The notes beneath the pieces were generated by a model, which saw only the letters and a program-made list of their open reading frames with translations, searched no databases and was not told the origin of the DNA. Shown here one piece after another: positions 1-13,744 of a stretch of DNA of 64,000 nt (position 1 is the first letter of the stretch; the number at the start of each line of letters is the position of its first letter). The position numbers and the translations under genes are program-made. This DNA comes from Octopus vulgaris. Its lineage: Eukaryota. The stretch is from contig OX597828.1 of NCBI GenBank assembly GCA_951406725.2, forward strand, positions 17,484,001 to 17,548,000. The letters run 5' to 3'.

Positions 1-6
1 GGTATA

Positions 7-55
<49 letters not shown>

Positions 56-69
56 ATGTATATATGTTG

Positions 70-270
70 TGTATCTGTTTGTGTGTCAGTGTTTGTTCCC
101 CTACCCCACCCGCAATATCGCTTGACAACCAATGCTGGTGTGTTTGCCACCCCGTAACTTACCGCTAGAGACCGATACAATAAGTTTTAGCCTTAAAAAG
201 AATAAGTACTGGGCTCCTGGGCTCCAGCATGGCTGCAGTCAAATGAACTAAAACAAGTAAAAGAGTAACA
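70..270 (+). mobile_element. SINE family B, 3' part
   Basis: cttgacaaccaatgctggtgtgttt...ctccagcatggctgcagtcaaatga matches the 3' half of the full copy at 38403-38790. Confidence 0.8.
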
Positions 271-349
271 GAATATGATAAAGAAGCATTTATTTATCTA
301 TGCAGACGGAGATATAAGTGCTTGTGCTAATAAATATATATATATAAAG

Positions 350-425
350 ATTGAGCCATCTGGTTCGCCAGACCTCAGTCAAATCTAGTGTAAAGCGGAC
401 GTTAAACGATGATGATGATGATGAC
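350..425 (+). mobile_element. Probable non-LTR retrotransposon 3' tail ending in (GAT)n
   Basis: aaagcggacgttaaacgatgatgatgatg; short unique tail plus trinucleotide repeat typical of RTE/CR1-type 3' ends (inference). Confidence 0.45.
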
Positions 426-554
426 GAAAGCAGCAGTCTCAAACTCACCCCTGCACCAAATGCCAATCACATGGAATTGGCCAATTAAAAGGTGATTACA
501 CTGGTGGTACCTCAGCATGGGCACATTCTTAGGGCTGAAACATAATAGAATCTT

Positions 555-922
555 TTCTTCACTAGGTACGAGGCCAGAAATTTTGGGGGAGGGTGCCAGT
601 ACGCAACTGGGGATAAATTTATCGATCCCGAAAGGATGAATGGTAAAATCGGCCTCGGCGGAATTTGAACTCATAACGTAAAGCATTTTGCCCGATGTGC
701 TAACGTTTCTTATTTTTTTAAACATAGACGGGGCAAACAAAGATCGGCAAAGGGATTAAGTCGATTACATCAACTCCAGTGCGTAACTGGTACTTAATTT
801 ATCGACTCCGAAAGGATGAAAAGCAAAGTCGAGCTCGGCGGAATTTGAACTCAGAACGTAAAGACGAAACACCGTTAAGCATTTCGCCCGGTGTGCTAAC
901 GTTTCTGCCAGCTCGCCGCCTT
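555..922 (-). mobile_element. Two adjacent SINE family A copies
   Basis: Reverse complement of the family A core (gagttcaaattccgccgag...tttcatcctttcgg...gtcgataaat) occurs twice; tRNA-like head ggcggcgagctggcagaaacgttagc near 900-920. Confidence 0.85.
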
Positions 923-1172
923 CAAACATATAATAGAATAAGTGATTATAGGGGCGCATATGTATCAGCATGTCTATATATGAATATATTCACACGTCTA
1001 TATACATATATTTCCATATATATGTATGTCATAGAAAAAAAAACATTTAAATAAACATTTATATTTTATGTCAGCGTACAAAACACATAATGTAAGTATA
1101 TTATACATAAATAAATATATAGATGTATAAATACATATATGAACTCCAATGCATACATTTGCATATATTTAT

Positions 1173-1234
<62 letters not shown>

Positions 1235-1859
1235 CTTTAATATCTTTATACATTTGTTTTTATCTATATATGTGTGTCTATGTTTGTTTTCATGTGTATA
1301 TAATTATGCATACGTGTATGGGGGTGTACCCAATCATTCATTGCATAGAGGCATTATTCGTCGCCATTTGCAAATATCTTAACTACGTCTCTGCTTACAT
1401 TTATCGACTGGTGGCACACACTTGACATATTCATATTTATACGTGATCGACTCGATAGAGCATGGCTGTCTCCATAATCGAGCTGTATCGTTCTTGCTTC
1501 GCTGCATTTATTGCAGCGTATTACTGAATGACTGTCCATCTATACATATCATAACGTTGATATAACATGTATTTACATATTACAGCTTTCCGGCTAAAGG
1601 TGATGGCGTGTGTACGAGAAGGATTTAATGTGATGACTGTCACAACCATAAATTCCTACAGGTTACATTACAGTCGAAGAGAAATGATGCTCATACAATG
1701 TGTACTTATGACAGAAATGCGTGGGTGTGTGTGCATTTGTGTGTATCTGTGTGCGTGAATTTGTCTGTTTATGAGAGCGTGTTTCTGGGTGAGACGGGAG
1801 ATGTTTACACTAAAAGAACAGTTCAAAATGGTTGGATAAAAGAAACTAAATATATGTGC

Positions 1860-1908
<49 letters not shown>

Positions 1909-1909
1909 A

Positions 1910-1940
<31 letters not shown>

Positions 1941-1997
1941 CATGTGCCTGTGTGTGACTTACTTGGAAGAAGATGCGTGGTGTTCAGTCATATAATA

Positions 1998-2063
<66 letters not shown>

Positions 2064-2077
2064 GCATATATACATAC

Positions 2078-2233
2078 GTTGTTTCTCTCCTTGTTTTTTT
2101 CTGTGTATCTTTCTGTCGAACAGCGTAGGTTCGAAACGTAAAAGACTTTTCCTATTCCTGAGCGCTATACTAATACGTTCGTTTGTTTGTAATCCACCTG
2201 CCTTCGTCTTTTGTTTATTTTCGTAAACTTTTC

Positions 2234-2237
<4 letters not shown>
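2078..2237 (+). mobile_element. (TA)n-flanked short repeat with a hammerhead-like motif (2108-2145); second copy at 61793-61960 (-)
   Basis: Two highly similar dispersed copies, each abutting (TA)n; tcttt-ctgtcgaa-cagc-gtag-gttc-gaaa-cg-ta-aaaga. Confidence 0.7.
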
Positions 2238-2277
<40 letters not shown>

Positions 2278-2309
2278 ATGTATGTATGTAGGTATATATG
2301 TATATATGT

Positions 2310-2346
<37 letters not shown>

Positions 2347-2374
2347 GTATGTATATATATATAGATAGATAGAT

Positions 2375-2435
<61 letters not shown>

Positions 2436-3227
2436 CATATATGTATATACCTATAAATATATATACATATTTATATATATATATATGTACATATACATAT
2501 AAATATAACTCGAGCATAATATTTAAGTGCGAGTGTGTTTCTACGCTTGCGTGTTTGCACGCGTTCGTGTGTGCGTGTGTTCAGGAGAGTGCGCGTATGT
2601 GCACGATAATGCGCGTGTGTGCACGAGAGTGCTCGTGTGTGTGTATGTGTGTATATGTATGCGCGACTGTATGTCTTTATTGTTCATTAATTGCGAGGTT
2701 AATAAACCTGTTGGAAAGCTTTCAAACACTCACAAGACAGAAAGAGGCCTATAAATCTCTAAGGTACTCAACGGCGAAGCAAATATGTTAAGATACTTTT
2801 TTTGTTTTGTTATTGCCGTCGAATACGCAACAGTAAGCACTTCCACATATACAGACACGCCCTAACACATACGCCAGCACACCAACACACCAACACACAC
2901 AGGATGCGCACAATCACTAATTATTTGTCTATATATCTGTGTATAACGTTTGGAATGAATTTGTAGCATATATATATATATAGTGTATATTTATATGTAT
3001 ATATATATGTATATATGCTTTTTGGCTCTCACCTGTTTCAGTCGGTAGACGGCGGCCATGCCAGTGCACTACATTTTCGTCGAGCGAATTCATCTCAGTA
3101 CAACATTGTTAAGGCTCGTACTTTTTGTATCGTTCTTCTTTGGCGAATTGCTATGCAGTATATATGATAGTGCGTGTGTATGCGTGTGTTTGTGTATGCG
3201 TGTTCTTGTTGTATATGGATGTAATAT

Positions 3228-3258
<31 letters not shown>

Positions 3259-3306
3259 TGTAGATGGAGATATCACTGAACAGATACGTACGTTCAGACA
3301 TGCCTA

Positions 3307-3398
<92 letters not shown>

Positions 3399-3403
<5 letters not shown>

Positions 3404-4282
3404 TATGCGTTTAGTAAACTGTCGTCTAAATTTTCAAAAAATTAAAAATGAAAATAATACTGACCTAATTTTAACAGATATATTTACCAAAATTACATAA
3501 AATATCTTGAAATACTAAACAGTAAATTTATTCAATAAGATCACCATTGGCTTCAACTACGGCGTTCAGACGACTATGGAATCTCCTGCAACTTTTCTGG
3601 GCGGTGTCCCAGTTTAAGTTTGTGAATGCTGCCATAATCCTTGCCTTCAGTTCATCTTTGGTGTTACAAGAAATTTTAGTGGTCTCATGCTCAACTGCGC
3701 CCTATATATAATAATCAACGGGGTTGCAGTCAAAGGAGCTAGGGGGCCAGATGATAGGGGTGATGTAGTTTCAGAAATTGATTGGATTCTCCTGCTTGTG
3801 TGGCGTGATGCAGAGTCCTGTTGCCAGACATAGGGTCTTCCAGCAGCCAGTCTCTTGAGCCACGGCAACCCTTCCTCCTCCAGACACGTGATGCAGGCCT
3901 CCGTGTTGAGCCTAAGGCCGTGTGGGAAGATGAATGGGTATATAACGATACCATGACGAGTGATCACTCCAAACACCATGATGTTGACTGGTTGTTTGAT
4001 TTTTATCAATCTCGGTACTTTTCCTCAGATTGAACTGTCTTCAGATTGACACTCACACACTCTGAAATGTTCGTATTGGAGCTTCCGGTGCGAGTGCCAA
4101 GCAGTACAGCATGTCGTTTCCAAATTCCTGAAAGAGTGGATGGCGTCATGGTGCTGTTTTGCTCACAGACGGTGCCTAATTGACCCTACAATACTGTACA
4201 GTTGATGAAATTAAAGTCAAACAATGCGCATGCGCTAAATAAAAAATATGAAATGGCGACAATTTGCCCATCACATCCTTTA

Positions 4283-4283
<1 letters not shown>
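3399..4283 (-). mobile_element. Decayed Tc1/mariner (maT/DD37D-like) DNA transposon
   Basis: ORF 3647-4009 MVFGVIT...PFIFPHGLRLNTEA...YVWQQDSASRHTS is a catalytic-domain remnant; degenerate TIRs (tacagtatgcgtttagtaaactgtcg / cgacaatttgcccatcacatccttta) with TA flanks. Confidence 0.85.
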
Positions 4284-4326
<43 letters not shown>

Positions 4327-5037
4327 AACACACACACATACACACATACACACACATATATATTCGTATACGTATGTACAGGCGTACATATATATATATA
4401 ACCAAAATATACATACATGTACTTACACATATTTTTAGCATTGGCGGTTAGATGAAGAACAAAGCAACATTATTTTCACGGCCCCAATACGTGACACCAA
4501 GCGATTTACGATATATTTGTAAACAACATACATGACGTATCCAATTTTAAGCCTCCAGTGCGACGTATTTTTTCCCAATTATTCCAGCAGAACTTATAAC
4601 CTCAATAGTTATATATTCTAGCATTACTTACATCCTATTTAATACATATTCTTTAATGACATGTTGCTTATACTTGTTATAAACCGTTGAAGAGTATATT
4701 AATGCCAGATATGGTTACTCGGCCTAAGAGACGTTATCGTGAAATCAAAACGCACTTTAATCATTGCAAGTGTTATTCCATGCGATTAGTTCGAAAAGAG
4801 CTGAATTTCCCGGTACCTTCTCCGTCTCATTATTTAACTTTTACATTATAAGCATGATGTAGTATCAGATTTCAACCTAAGTTCCTGTGAATTCTGAATT
4901 GAGATTAACTGCTAGGTCAAAATAGGCGCAGGCATGCCAGTGTCAGTAACGAGGTTGTTTTTCAACCACTTAGTTCCACATTCGTTGCTATCCAACGCAC
5001 CTTTTGTTAGTATGTACTAAAATAGTCTTTGGTTGAT

Positions 5038-5255
5038 CAAAAACGTTAGCACGCCGGGCGAAATGCGTAGCCGTATTTCGTCTGCCGTTACGTTGTGAGT
5101 TCAAATTCCGCCGAGGCCGACTTTGCTTTTCATCCTTTCGAGGTCGATAAATTAAGTACCAGTTATGCACTGGGGTCGATGTAATTGACTTAATCCCTTT
5201 GTCTGCCCTTGTTTGTCCCCTCTATGTTTAGCCCCTTGTGGGCAATAAAGAAATA
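5038..5255 (+). mobile_element. SINE family A
   Basis: aaacgttagcacgccgggcgaaatg...catcctttcgaggtcgataaattaagtacc...agccccttgtgggcaataaagaaat. Confidence 0.9.
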
Positions 5256-5419
5256 TATATGTTGTTACTAGACTTTTGCTGGATAGGATTTACGTAAAGT
5301 CTGTATATATATACATGAATACACACACGCACACATACACACTCATACACACACACACACACACACACAAACACACACACGCACACACACACAGATATAT
5401 ATATATATATACTTTATTA

Positions 5420-5802
5420 GTGGAGACGCAATGGCCCAGTGGTTAGGGCAGCGGACTCGCGGTTGTAGGATCGCGGTTTCGATTCCCAGACCGGGCGTTG
5501 TGAGCGTTTATTGAGCGAAAACACCTAAAGCTCCACGAGGCTCCGGCAGGGATGGTGGTGATCCCTGCTGTACTCTTTCACCACAACTTTCTACCACTCT
5601 TACTTCCTGTTTCTGTTGTACCTGTATTTCAAAGGGCCGGCCTTGTCACTCTCTGTGTCACGCTGAATATCCCCGAGAACTGCGTTAAGAGTACAAGTGT
5701 CTGTGGAGTGCTCAGCCACTTACACGTTAATTTCACGAGCAGGCTGTTCCGTTGATCGGATCAATCGGAACCCTCATCGTCGTAACCGACGGAGTGCTTC
5801 CC
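5420..5802 (+). mobile_element. SINE family C, full length, tRNA-derived head
   Basis: Pol III A box tggcccagtgg and B box gtttcgattcc; 11-bp TSD atactttatta at 5409-5419 and 5803-5813. Confidence 0.92.
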
Positions 5803-5819
5803 ATACTTTATTAATAAAG

Positions 5820-6452
5820 CTGCAAAAACTGTTACTTAGAGTTTCACGTTCCCATCCGTCCGACGGATATCTTGACAGACTTCGACGCGACGTTCTTTCT
5901 GCTCAGTGGTCAATAGGCGGGCGTCAAACTTAGCAGTGACACTCCGCATGTCCAATTCAGATGGTATCATTGCCTGCACGGACCCATACAACTAACCAAC
6001 AACATCAGCAATGATCGTTGATTTCTTCCAACGATCCTCATGCACAAGCTGATAATTTTTATCCAGATTTCCAGGAGTAACGCCCTTAGCAGTTCTTGCA
6101 GATTGCTCAACGTCTTCCAGGGAAGATCTTTTGAAGCGCTCGTGCCACTCGGAACAATGCGTACAACCCATTGCCTCATCGCCGTAAGCTTGCCGAAGCA
6201 TGTTGAGTGTCTCCGTAGCAGACTTCCCAAGTAAAACGCGCAAATTCGCGTTGGCTATTTGTTTCAAATTCACGCTCACGACAAAATCAGACTACAGCAT
6301 AGATGTCATCATAAAAGCAAAAATTTCACAACTTGCGAAGTAAATACAGCGATGTCAATTGGCACAATGCCTCATGAAGGTCACTGCTAGCACTCACTGC
6401 TATCTGTAGGCATACTACAGAACTAGTCCGGAAATGTTTGATACCACCTCAT
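5820..6452 (-). mobile_element. Mariner transposon 5' fragment (HTH domain pseudogene)
   Basis: ORF 5992-6279 LGKSATETLNMLRQAYGDEAM...EWHERFK...SLED is a mariner N-terminal HTH; TIR-like tatgaggtggtatcaaacatttccggact on - strand near 6425-6452. Confidence 0.88.
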
Positions 6453-6800
6453 ATATTTAGTGAAATGTATGTGTGTGTGTGTGTATGTGTGTGTGTGTAT
6501 TCATTCTTTTATTCTTTTAGCAGTTTAAGTCATTTCGACTGCAGCTGTGCTGGTGCACCACTTCTAGTCGAGCAATGGTGCAGATACCGCAACTCGTAAT
6601 CACGGAGGTGTGTGTTTGAGTTTCATAGCCGGCTGCCAAAGCTTTTTTCTGCAAAATATGGGTAGCTTATCTTGTCCAGGCTATATTATTAGCATTATCC
6701 AGCGTTTGAGAATTTAAAATCACTTCTTTAACTTTCTAAGACGTCTCAACGCTTCTAAAGCAAACTTCGTTTGTTTGTTTACGTTCATCGTAATTTGAAA

Positions 6801-6832
<32 letters not shown>

Positions 6833-6969
6833 ATACGTTTTTATGTATGTACGGACATTTCCGATATGCTTATCAGTGAGGAAACTAACGAAACTGTTTT
6901 CAATCAGAAGAAACGTAAGATATTTGTTGCACCGAAACTGCACAGAAAATTTTTCTCTCTCTCTCTCTC

Positions 6970-7001
<32 letters not shown>

Positions 7002-7189
7002 CTCATCTCAAAATAAGTGATGCTGTGATTTTGTTGCAAACATGTACTGAATGACATTATTTGTCACAAAAATTTGATATTAGATAACATAGCAAATAAA
7101 ATAATGCCAGATGAGTTTACTCCGTTTAATTAACTATTTCTGTAACGAATCCAATTTCATCTTCACCACTTGAGACTTTGTAAAAACAG

Positions 7190-7345
7190 TGAACTGGTAG
7201 AATTACTCTCCTATCGGACAAAATCCTCAGAGACATTTCGTTCGTCTCTACGTTGTGAGTTTAAAATCTACCGAGGTCGACTCTGTCTTAGATTATTTCG
7301 AGGTCAACGAAATAAGTACCAGTTGAACACTGGGTTCGATGGAAA
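7190..7345 (+). mobile_element. SINE family A, degenerate
   Basis: ccgaggtcgactc...ttcgaggtcaacgaaataagtaccagttg. Confidence 0.7.
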
Positions 7346-8019
7346 CATCTAGCCCACCACCACAACCACTAGAGAAAAAAACCATTTCAGACCTTAAAGA
7401 AACCAACCCCGCTTGATAACCAGTGTCGGTATGTTTTCCTCTTTGTAATCTAGTCTTTCACCAAGTGGAAAACACAAATTACATACCAATGTTTAAAATA
7501 TGTACTCGTGTCGACTTGTTCGTCAGAAAAGATCTTTCAAAGGCGTTGCCCCAACATCGCCCCATTTCAATGTTTGAAATAATAATGTATAAAATTAGAA
7601 GTTGTAAGGGACGTAATGGATTAAGTTAAGGTTAATATAGAAACAATGGCTGACTGTATTTAATATATAAACTGTCGTTTCAGCTAAATGTTTTAATAAA
7701 CAATGTCGTACGGATATCTCTACCCGACCACTCTGATAGAACAACTTAAGTATCACGAAAAGGGATAGGAAATTATAAACAGTTCGTAAGAAAACACAAG
7801 CAGGATCATGTTTTTTTTCTGTAGATGCGGTTTATATGATAATATAGATATAGCCTCCTTAGCCGATATTCACATTGACATGTAGAAGGAACATATGGGA
7901 ATAATTTGTGTCACAAATTTGTACTGTATTACACTATATTACACTATATTACCTCTTCCCGGTCGGGCTATTCGCTAGAAATACCAGACGTGTCATCATA
8001 AAAATTATATCATACTTTG

Positions 8020-8370
8020 AAGGTGGCCCTGGTGTTGGACACATGATCGCCTGGTCGGGGTTTCGATTTCTGTAGTGGGCGGCATGTTGTGTCTTAAGCA
8101 AAGTGCTTCGTTTCACGTTGTTTAAGTTCTTTTTGGAGACCGGACAAAATGCTCAGTGGCATTTCGAACGTCTGTGCGTTCTGAGTTTAGATTCTGCCGA
8201 GGTCGATTTTGTGTTTCATACTTCGGGGTGGATAGAATAAATACCTGTTGTGTATTGGGATCGATGCAATTGAATTATCCCATCCTTCGAAATTGCTGGT
8301 CTTGTACCAAAATTTAAAACCATTATTATTATCATTATTATTATTAGTAGTAGTATTATTATTATCATCA

Positions 8371-8428
<58 letters not shown>

Positions 8429-8715
8429 CATTATTATTATCATTATTATTTTTATTATCATAATGATCATCAACATGATCATCATTATTATTAATATTAT
8501 CTTCAAGATAGCAAGCTGGCAGAATTGTTAGCCCACTGAAGAAGGTGCTTAGATTTATTTCGTCCGTCATTATCTTCTGAGATCAAATCCCGCCGGGGTC
8601 GACTTTGCATTTCATCCTTTCGGGGTCGACGAAATACGAATCATTTATGCACTAATGTTGAGGTGATCGGCAATATCACTCCCAGCAAATTTCAAGTCTT
8701 GTACCCTATAATTGG
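8020..8715 (+). mobile_element. Cluster of degenerate SINE A/C copies around an (ATT)n/(ATC)n microsatellite (8321-8495)
   Basis: Family A cores near 8190-8240 and 8590-8640; C-like head near 8020-8120. Confidence 0.7.
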
Positions 8716-9929
8716 AAGAGTTATTATTACTATCATCTGAATGCAATTTATTACCGATACTGTTACCAGTCGGGAATGATGGCAAAGACACTAACGTGCT
8801 GATCAGTAATTAATTTTTCTTAATTAAAGAGCGAGTTCAAATCCCTCGAGTCAGATTTGACCTAGCGTTTTATCCCACCGCTGCTCTGCAGTAAATATTT
8901 ACTATATTCAGTTCAATAGACTACAGCCGCTCCAACAAATCATTTTCGCGTGCAAGTACAGATTGTTATTCAAAAGGAATTTATACACGGTCAGGCTGTC
9001 ATGACCTGACTGAAATACAGCAAAACCGAAATAACGTAGTGAGTAGAGACAACAACATCAGGACCTTTCACTCAGTATATAAGGTTTCAGGGTAAACAAA
9101 ATAAATCTGATATAAGTATTTGCTGGAATCCCTTTGAAAATTTTTCGTTTCGCGATGGGTCAACGTAGTACTGAAAAATATTTATCTAACATATTCATGG
9201 ACGTAATGTGATTGTGTGGTTCAGAAATTTATTTAGCAATTCAGATACTCAGTTCGATCCCACTCTGTGGTGTCTTCGGGACGAAACTTCGGGTAGATCT
9301 ATACGTTGGGTGTAAAATCGGGCTGACGAAAATTGTTTACAAGCCTGTCTGATGGATTGTTCATGGAAACCAGCAGTACAGCCTGACCCGAGAATTGTAT
9401 AAAGGGTTCATGTGACTGTGGTATACTCAGCTACCTATGTATTAAGTTAACGAATCTGGTAATCGGAGATTATGACTGTAATCTATTATTAACTGCAGTA
9501 AGCAACACTTCTGAAACAAGATGTTTTAAAAACTTCGAGAAGTCCCTAGACAAACAGCCGCCGTTCAGTTTCTATACCATGGCGTAAATCCGACAAAAAA
9601 GAGAAACCCTGAAGCAAAGTACACAGAGAATATTCCCAAAAGATACGATAACAGTTATTTCCTATAGTCAGGTCAACTACAACGAAATAGGATAAATATG
9701 TCTTGCAGAACGAAAGAGTCTCATGCCTCAGAGAGTTCAAGAAATATATCAGTCTTAGTTTTCTGATAGTGTTCTTTTATTCGGTCAGGTTATAACTAAC
9801 TAGACTACTTTGTATGAGAAAAAGCGAATATATATATATATATATATATAAGGATCTGACGGTATGCCATAAAACTAAATCCTTTACGGGTGGGAAACCT
9901 AAGATAATCTCATAAACCGGCCTTCTCGA

Positions 9930-9993
<64 letters not shown>

Positions 9994-10486
9994 GTATGTA
10001 TGTATATAAATTAGGCACTGGTTTAGCAATGTATCCCTAAAAAGGAAAACTATAACTGTCATTAAACATGACTGAGGATGTTAGAACACCTACAATGCTA
10101 GAAATAAGTGCTAAAGCATTCTGCTGCAGCAGTTAACGCACGTAATTGTATACAATAAATACTGACAGTGACCGTAAACGGCCTAAAGTGGAAATTGTGA
10201 TATCCCTATACCCTGGACAGTTTCGGCTTTAAGACAGAAACCTCTTCCGTAGCGTCAGCACAACTCACTAGATTTTACACATGATCATCACCAGTATATG
10301 ACTGAATGGATCAAAACAGTTTAAATCAAATTCGTAAATTCATTGGTACTCTTGATTTTCAAGAGTGATGCTAGTCGTCAGCATTACGTCAGGGAAAATG
10401 GCTGACGACTAGCAAAGAGTTTTGATCCGTACATGTAACTCCCAATAAATTGTTTGAGTGCTCTTCTTTCGTTTGTCCACTCACTC

Positions 10487-10564
<78 letters not shown>

Positions 10565-12120
10565 GTGTGTGTGTACACATTCTATGTTTGTTGGTTAACA
10601 AGGCTACCAATAGTTTCATACGGTGTTGAACACTTACTGTCATTTGATATCAACGTAATTAAACATACATGGCTGCTTCTCTTTATCTCTGGATAAATGA
10701 TAAAACCGTCAAGGTTAGGACATCATAATAAAGTCGAATTGTTAATCAGTGCCGGGCTGGGCATTAAATGACAAAAACAAGCACATCAGCTGTGGCAATA
10801 ACGAAATGAAATATCTACAAGTATAACATTAATCTGCTAGAAATGGCAGTCACATCTCAATAAACGTATATGCAGCTATTTCAAAGGTTGAGATAAGGGA
10901 AAGAAAAGGATGTATGTGCTGTGCCTAAATAAAAGATTGGATCGTCAGGACTGGATTATATATGTTTCAGCTTTCTTTTCAAATTATAGCTGGGAAGGTC
11001 GCTGCAAATACAGAATGAAAAGAAAACAAAAAGGCAAGACTAAAAGAAAATTACCCAAGAATGACAACAACTAGATGAATCATGTGTATGGTAAAAGTAT
11101 CTTTGTTTGGATTCTTCCCAGTGTAGTCTGCTGCTTAATGTATCGAACACGAGTGGAATGAAAAGTGAAAACCCGCCATGTTGAAATTTCAACCCAGATT
11201 GTAGAGAGGCTGGGAACTAAATACTAAAAGACATTTATTTATTTAGACACTTTACCAATTCTGCCCCACCACCTACTTACTGTTTGTAATAACAACAACA
11301 ACGTCACCAATAGCTATTTCCTCCTTCAAACATATCCTAGAAACATAGTTCTCACCTCGAATATCGTTAGACAAACACTTAAAGGGTAGGTGTATGCAGC
11401 CAATGTTTACAGATGAAACGCTCTAGTAGACGCTCCGCAGTTCCAGAAATAGGAATAAAATACACATTAATGTAATGAGAAACACACTATGTCACTTAAC
11501 CGCCATTCCTTTTTCTTTAGTTTTTGTTTTATTTTTATTTTTATTTGTGTGTGTTTTTAGCAAATATAAATGGCATTTTTCGACTTTCTGACATATATTC
11601 CTTACGTTTAAATACTGCTTGTCCAACATTAGTGACGCATGTCAAATGAAATGGCTTCTACAAAGAATAGAAACCGAATCGACACCTCCAGCCGCAGTTA
11701 ATGGTGGATTATTTTTTCTCATTTTTTTAATTTCATTGTTTCTTTCTTCTTTTTATTGTATCGCTTCCTTCATATCCTCTTCTCCCTCTCTCTCTCTCTT
11801 CCTCTCTATCTACCTCTCACCGTTTCCCATCCTTTCACTCACCTTCTCCGTCTCTCTCTTTCTCGTATGTCTTTCTCCCACTTCTCTCTTTCTTTCTGAT
11901 TTTTCATTGTTTCTTTCTGTCTTTCTTATCTAAAATACAGAGATATGATCTCTGTAAAATCTACGACTGTTTTGTTGTCTTTCATCAATATGTTCAAATG
12001 TTCTGTTCACTAACTACATACCTGGGGTAATACTCACTCCTTCCAATAGTGTGCAAGGAAGGCGACTGAGCAGCTTCGATTTGATCAATACACAAGTATA
12101 CATCAAACTGTACTCTACAG

Positions 12121-12824
12121 CATTGGCTCTCAACGGAGGTTCATATGACCTTTGGGGATCCATATCAAATTTTGTTGATAAAATTCATGTGCAATAAATT
12201 GGTTTTAATTCTGCAATATACAAAATAGTTTCACCATCTTTTTTAATACAAATCCTAATCATATTTGATTATAAAAGATTCTTTAATTATTTTATTCTTT
12301 GACTTGTTCAGTCATTTGACTGTGGCCATGCTGGAGCCCCGCCTTTAGTCGAGGAAATCGACCCTAGGACTTATTCTTTGTTAGCCTAGTACTTATTCTA
12401 TAGGTCGCCTTTGCCGAATCGCTAAGTTACAGATACGTAAGCACACTCGCGTCGGTTGTCAAGCGATATTGGTGGGGAACAAACGCATAAACATACACGC
12501 ACATACATACCTATATGCATACACGACGGGCTTCATTCAGTTTCCGTCTACCAAATCCACTCACAAGGCTTTGGTGGACCCGAGGCTATAGTAGAAGGCA
12601 CTTGCCCAAGGTGCCACGCAGAGGGACTGATCCGGAAACCACGTGGTTGGTAAGCAAGCTACATACCACGCAGCCACTCATGTACCTATTCATTTTTTTA
12701 TAATCTCATTTGATTATAAAAAATGAATAGGATATTTTTAAAACATGGAATGGTTACGAAATCTCACCTAAGTAAATTAGGAATTAAAGGGAACCATAGG
12801 TAAAATAATGGTTGAGAATCACTG
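12121..12824 (+). mobile_element. hAT (Charlie-like) MITE interrupted by a SINE B
   Basis: TIRs cattggctctcaac / gttgagaatcactg; 8-bp TSD-like ctctacag / ctttagag; homologous to 19077-19331. Confidence 0.8.
12290..12680 (-). mobile_element. SINE family B, full length, nested in the hAT MITE
   Basis: Reverse complement of 38403-38790, including head ggctgcgtggtatgtagcttgcttacc and gtggcaccttgggcaagtg. Confidence 0.9.
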
Positions 12825-13239
12825 CTTTAGAGTTTTCAAGAACTGGGAACAAATTGGCTATATATAATAATAATAACTTGTCTATTTATTCAAGGTGTCA
12901 CGCAATGGGACTGAACCTGAAACCAGGTTTGCTAGGAAGCAAACCTCTTACCACATAGCCACCGATAAAATATAAAAGAGGAAGAATAATTTTTAACTTA
13001 AGTCATGTTTATTTTAGGCCAATACACATAATGTCAATGATTGTATGAAGTTAATTAAGGCGATTCGTGGTTAAACTTCCGCGACTAAAAAAAATAATTC
13101 TTGCCGTATATAGGTTTTAACCGTGATTAAATAATCAGGTATAATTAACATTTAATCATTAGAATATTTTTGTATTTATAATGATGCCGTCGAGAGTAAT
13201 TGTAATTATTCTAAGTTTACAGTAATGAAATACTCTTGT

Positions 13240-13590
13240 CGTTGTTGTTGTTGTTCCATGGTTCGAATCAGCTCTTGTAAAGGAGACATGTGATAAAATT
13301 CATTCCAGCCTTTATCAATTCAACGTATTATTTTGAGACCTAGTGTCCAGGATTGTGTTCATCAATGAATTCTCCAAATTTTTAAGCCAATAAGATGTCG
13401 GTCGGGGAGTTTGACTGGGTGGTACATCTGTCAAACAGTAACGCAGGTGTCCCAAGGCGAGCAGAGCGTGGACGGAAACCACACGTCGAGCAAAACGGCA
13501 AAAACTCGCTCGATCTCGATTTTCGATTTTCAGGTAGATTTGGTTGCTATTTCCAGCAGGTTCAGTGACTGGATATAGGCTCCCTCTTCA
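13240..13590 (+). repeat. Dispersed repeat family D carrying a 28S rRNA insert
   Basis: Similar to 14110-14320; both contain a ttg(g/a)(t/c)tgctatttc(c/t)ag motif. Confidence 0.55.
13404..13533 (+). pseudogene. 28S rRNA fragment (domain V, P-loop region)
   Basis: ggggagtttgactgggtggtacatctgtcaaacagtaacgcaggtgtcccaaggcgagc...gagcaaaacggcaaaaactcgctcgatctcgattttc closely matches conserved eukaryotic LSU rRNA; isolated and mutated. Confidence 0.92.
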
Positions 13591-13744
13591 TACGCTTTGT
13601 TGCTATTATATTGTTGCTGTAGTAGATCTGCTGAACATTAATCAGACAGCCAAGAGGCACACACAAAATCAGATTGCGACCACAGGATTCAGTGTGATCT
13701 AGGGGACATGCTACATACTCCTTTGTCGTGAAGAATGTTCCAGT

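Noticed and set aside
5420-5500. tRNA gene
   Set aside because: A and B boxes belong to a SINE head continuing into a repeat body with a TSD
10205-10255. Minus-strand cggaaga-ggttt..aaagcc-gaaa-ctgtccag hammerhead-like string
   Set aside because: Core mutated and no consistent cleavage site with stem I; possible fossil but unsupported
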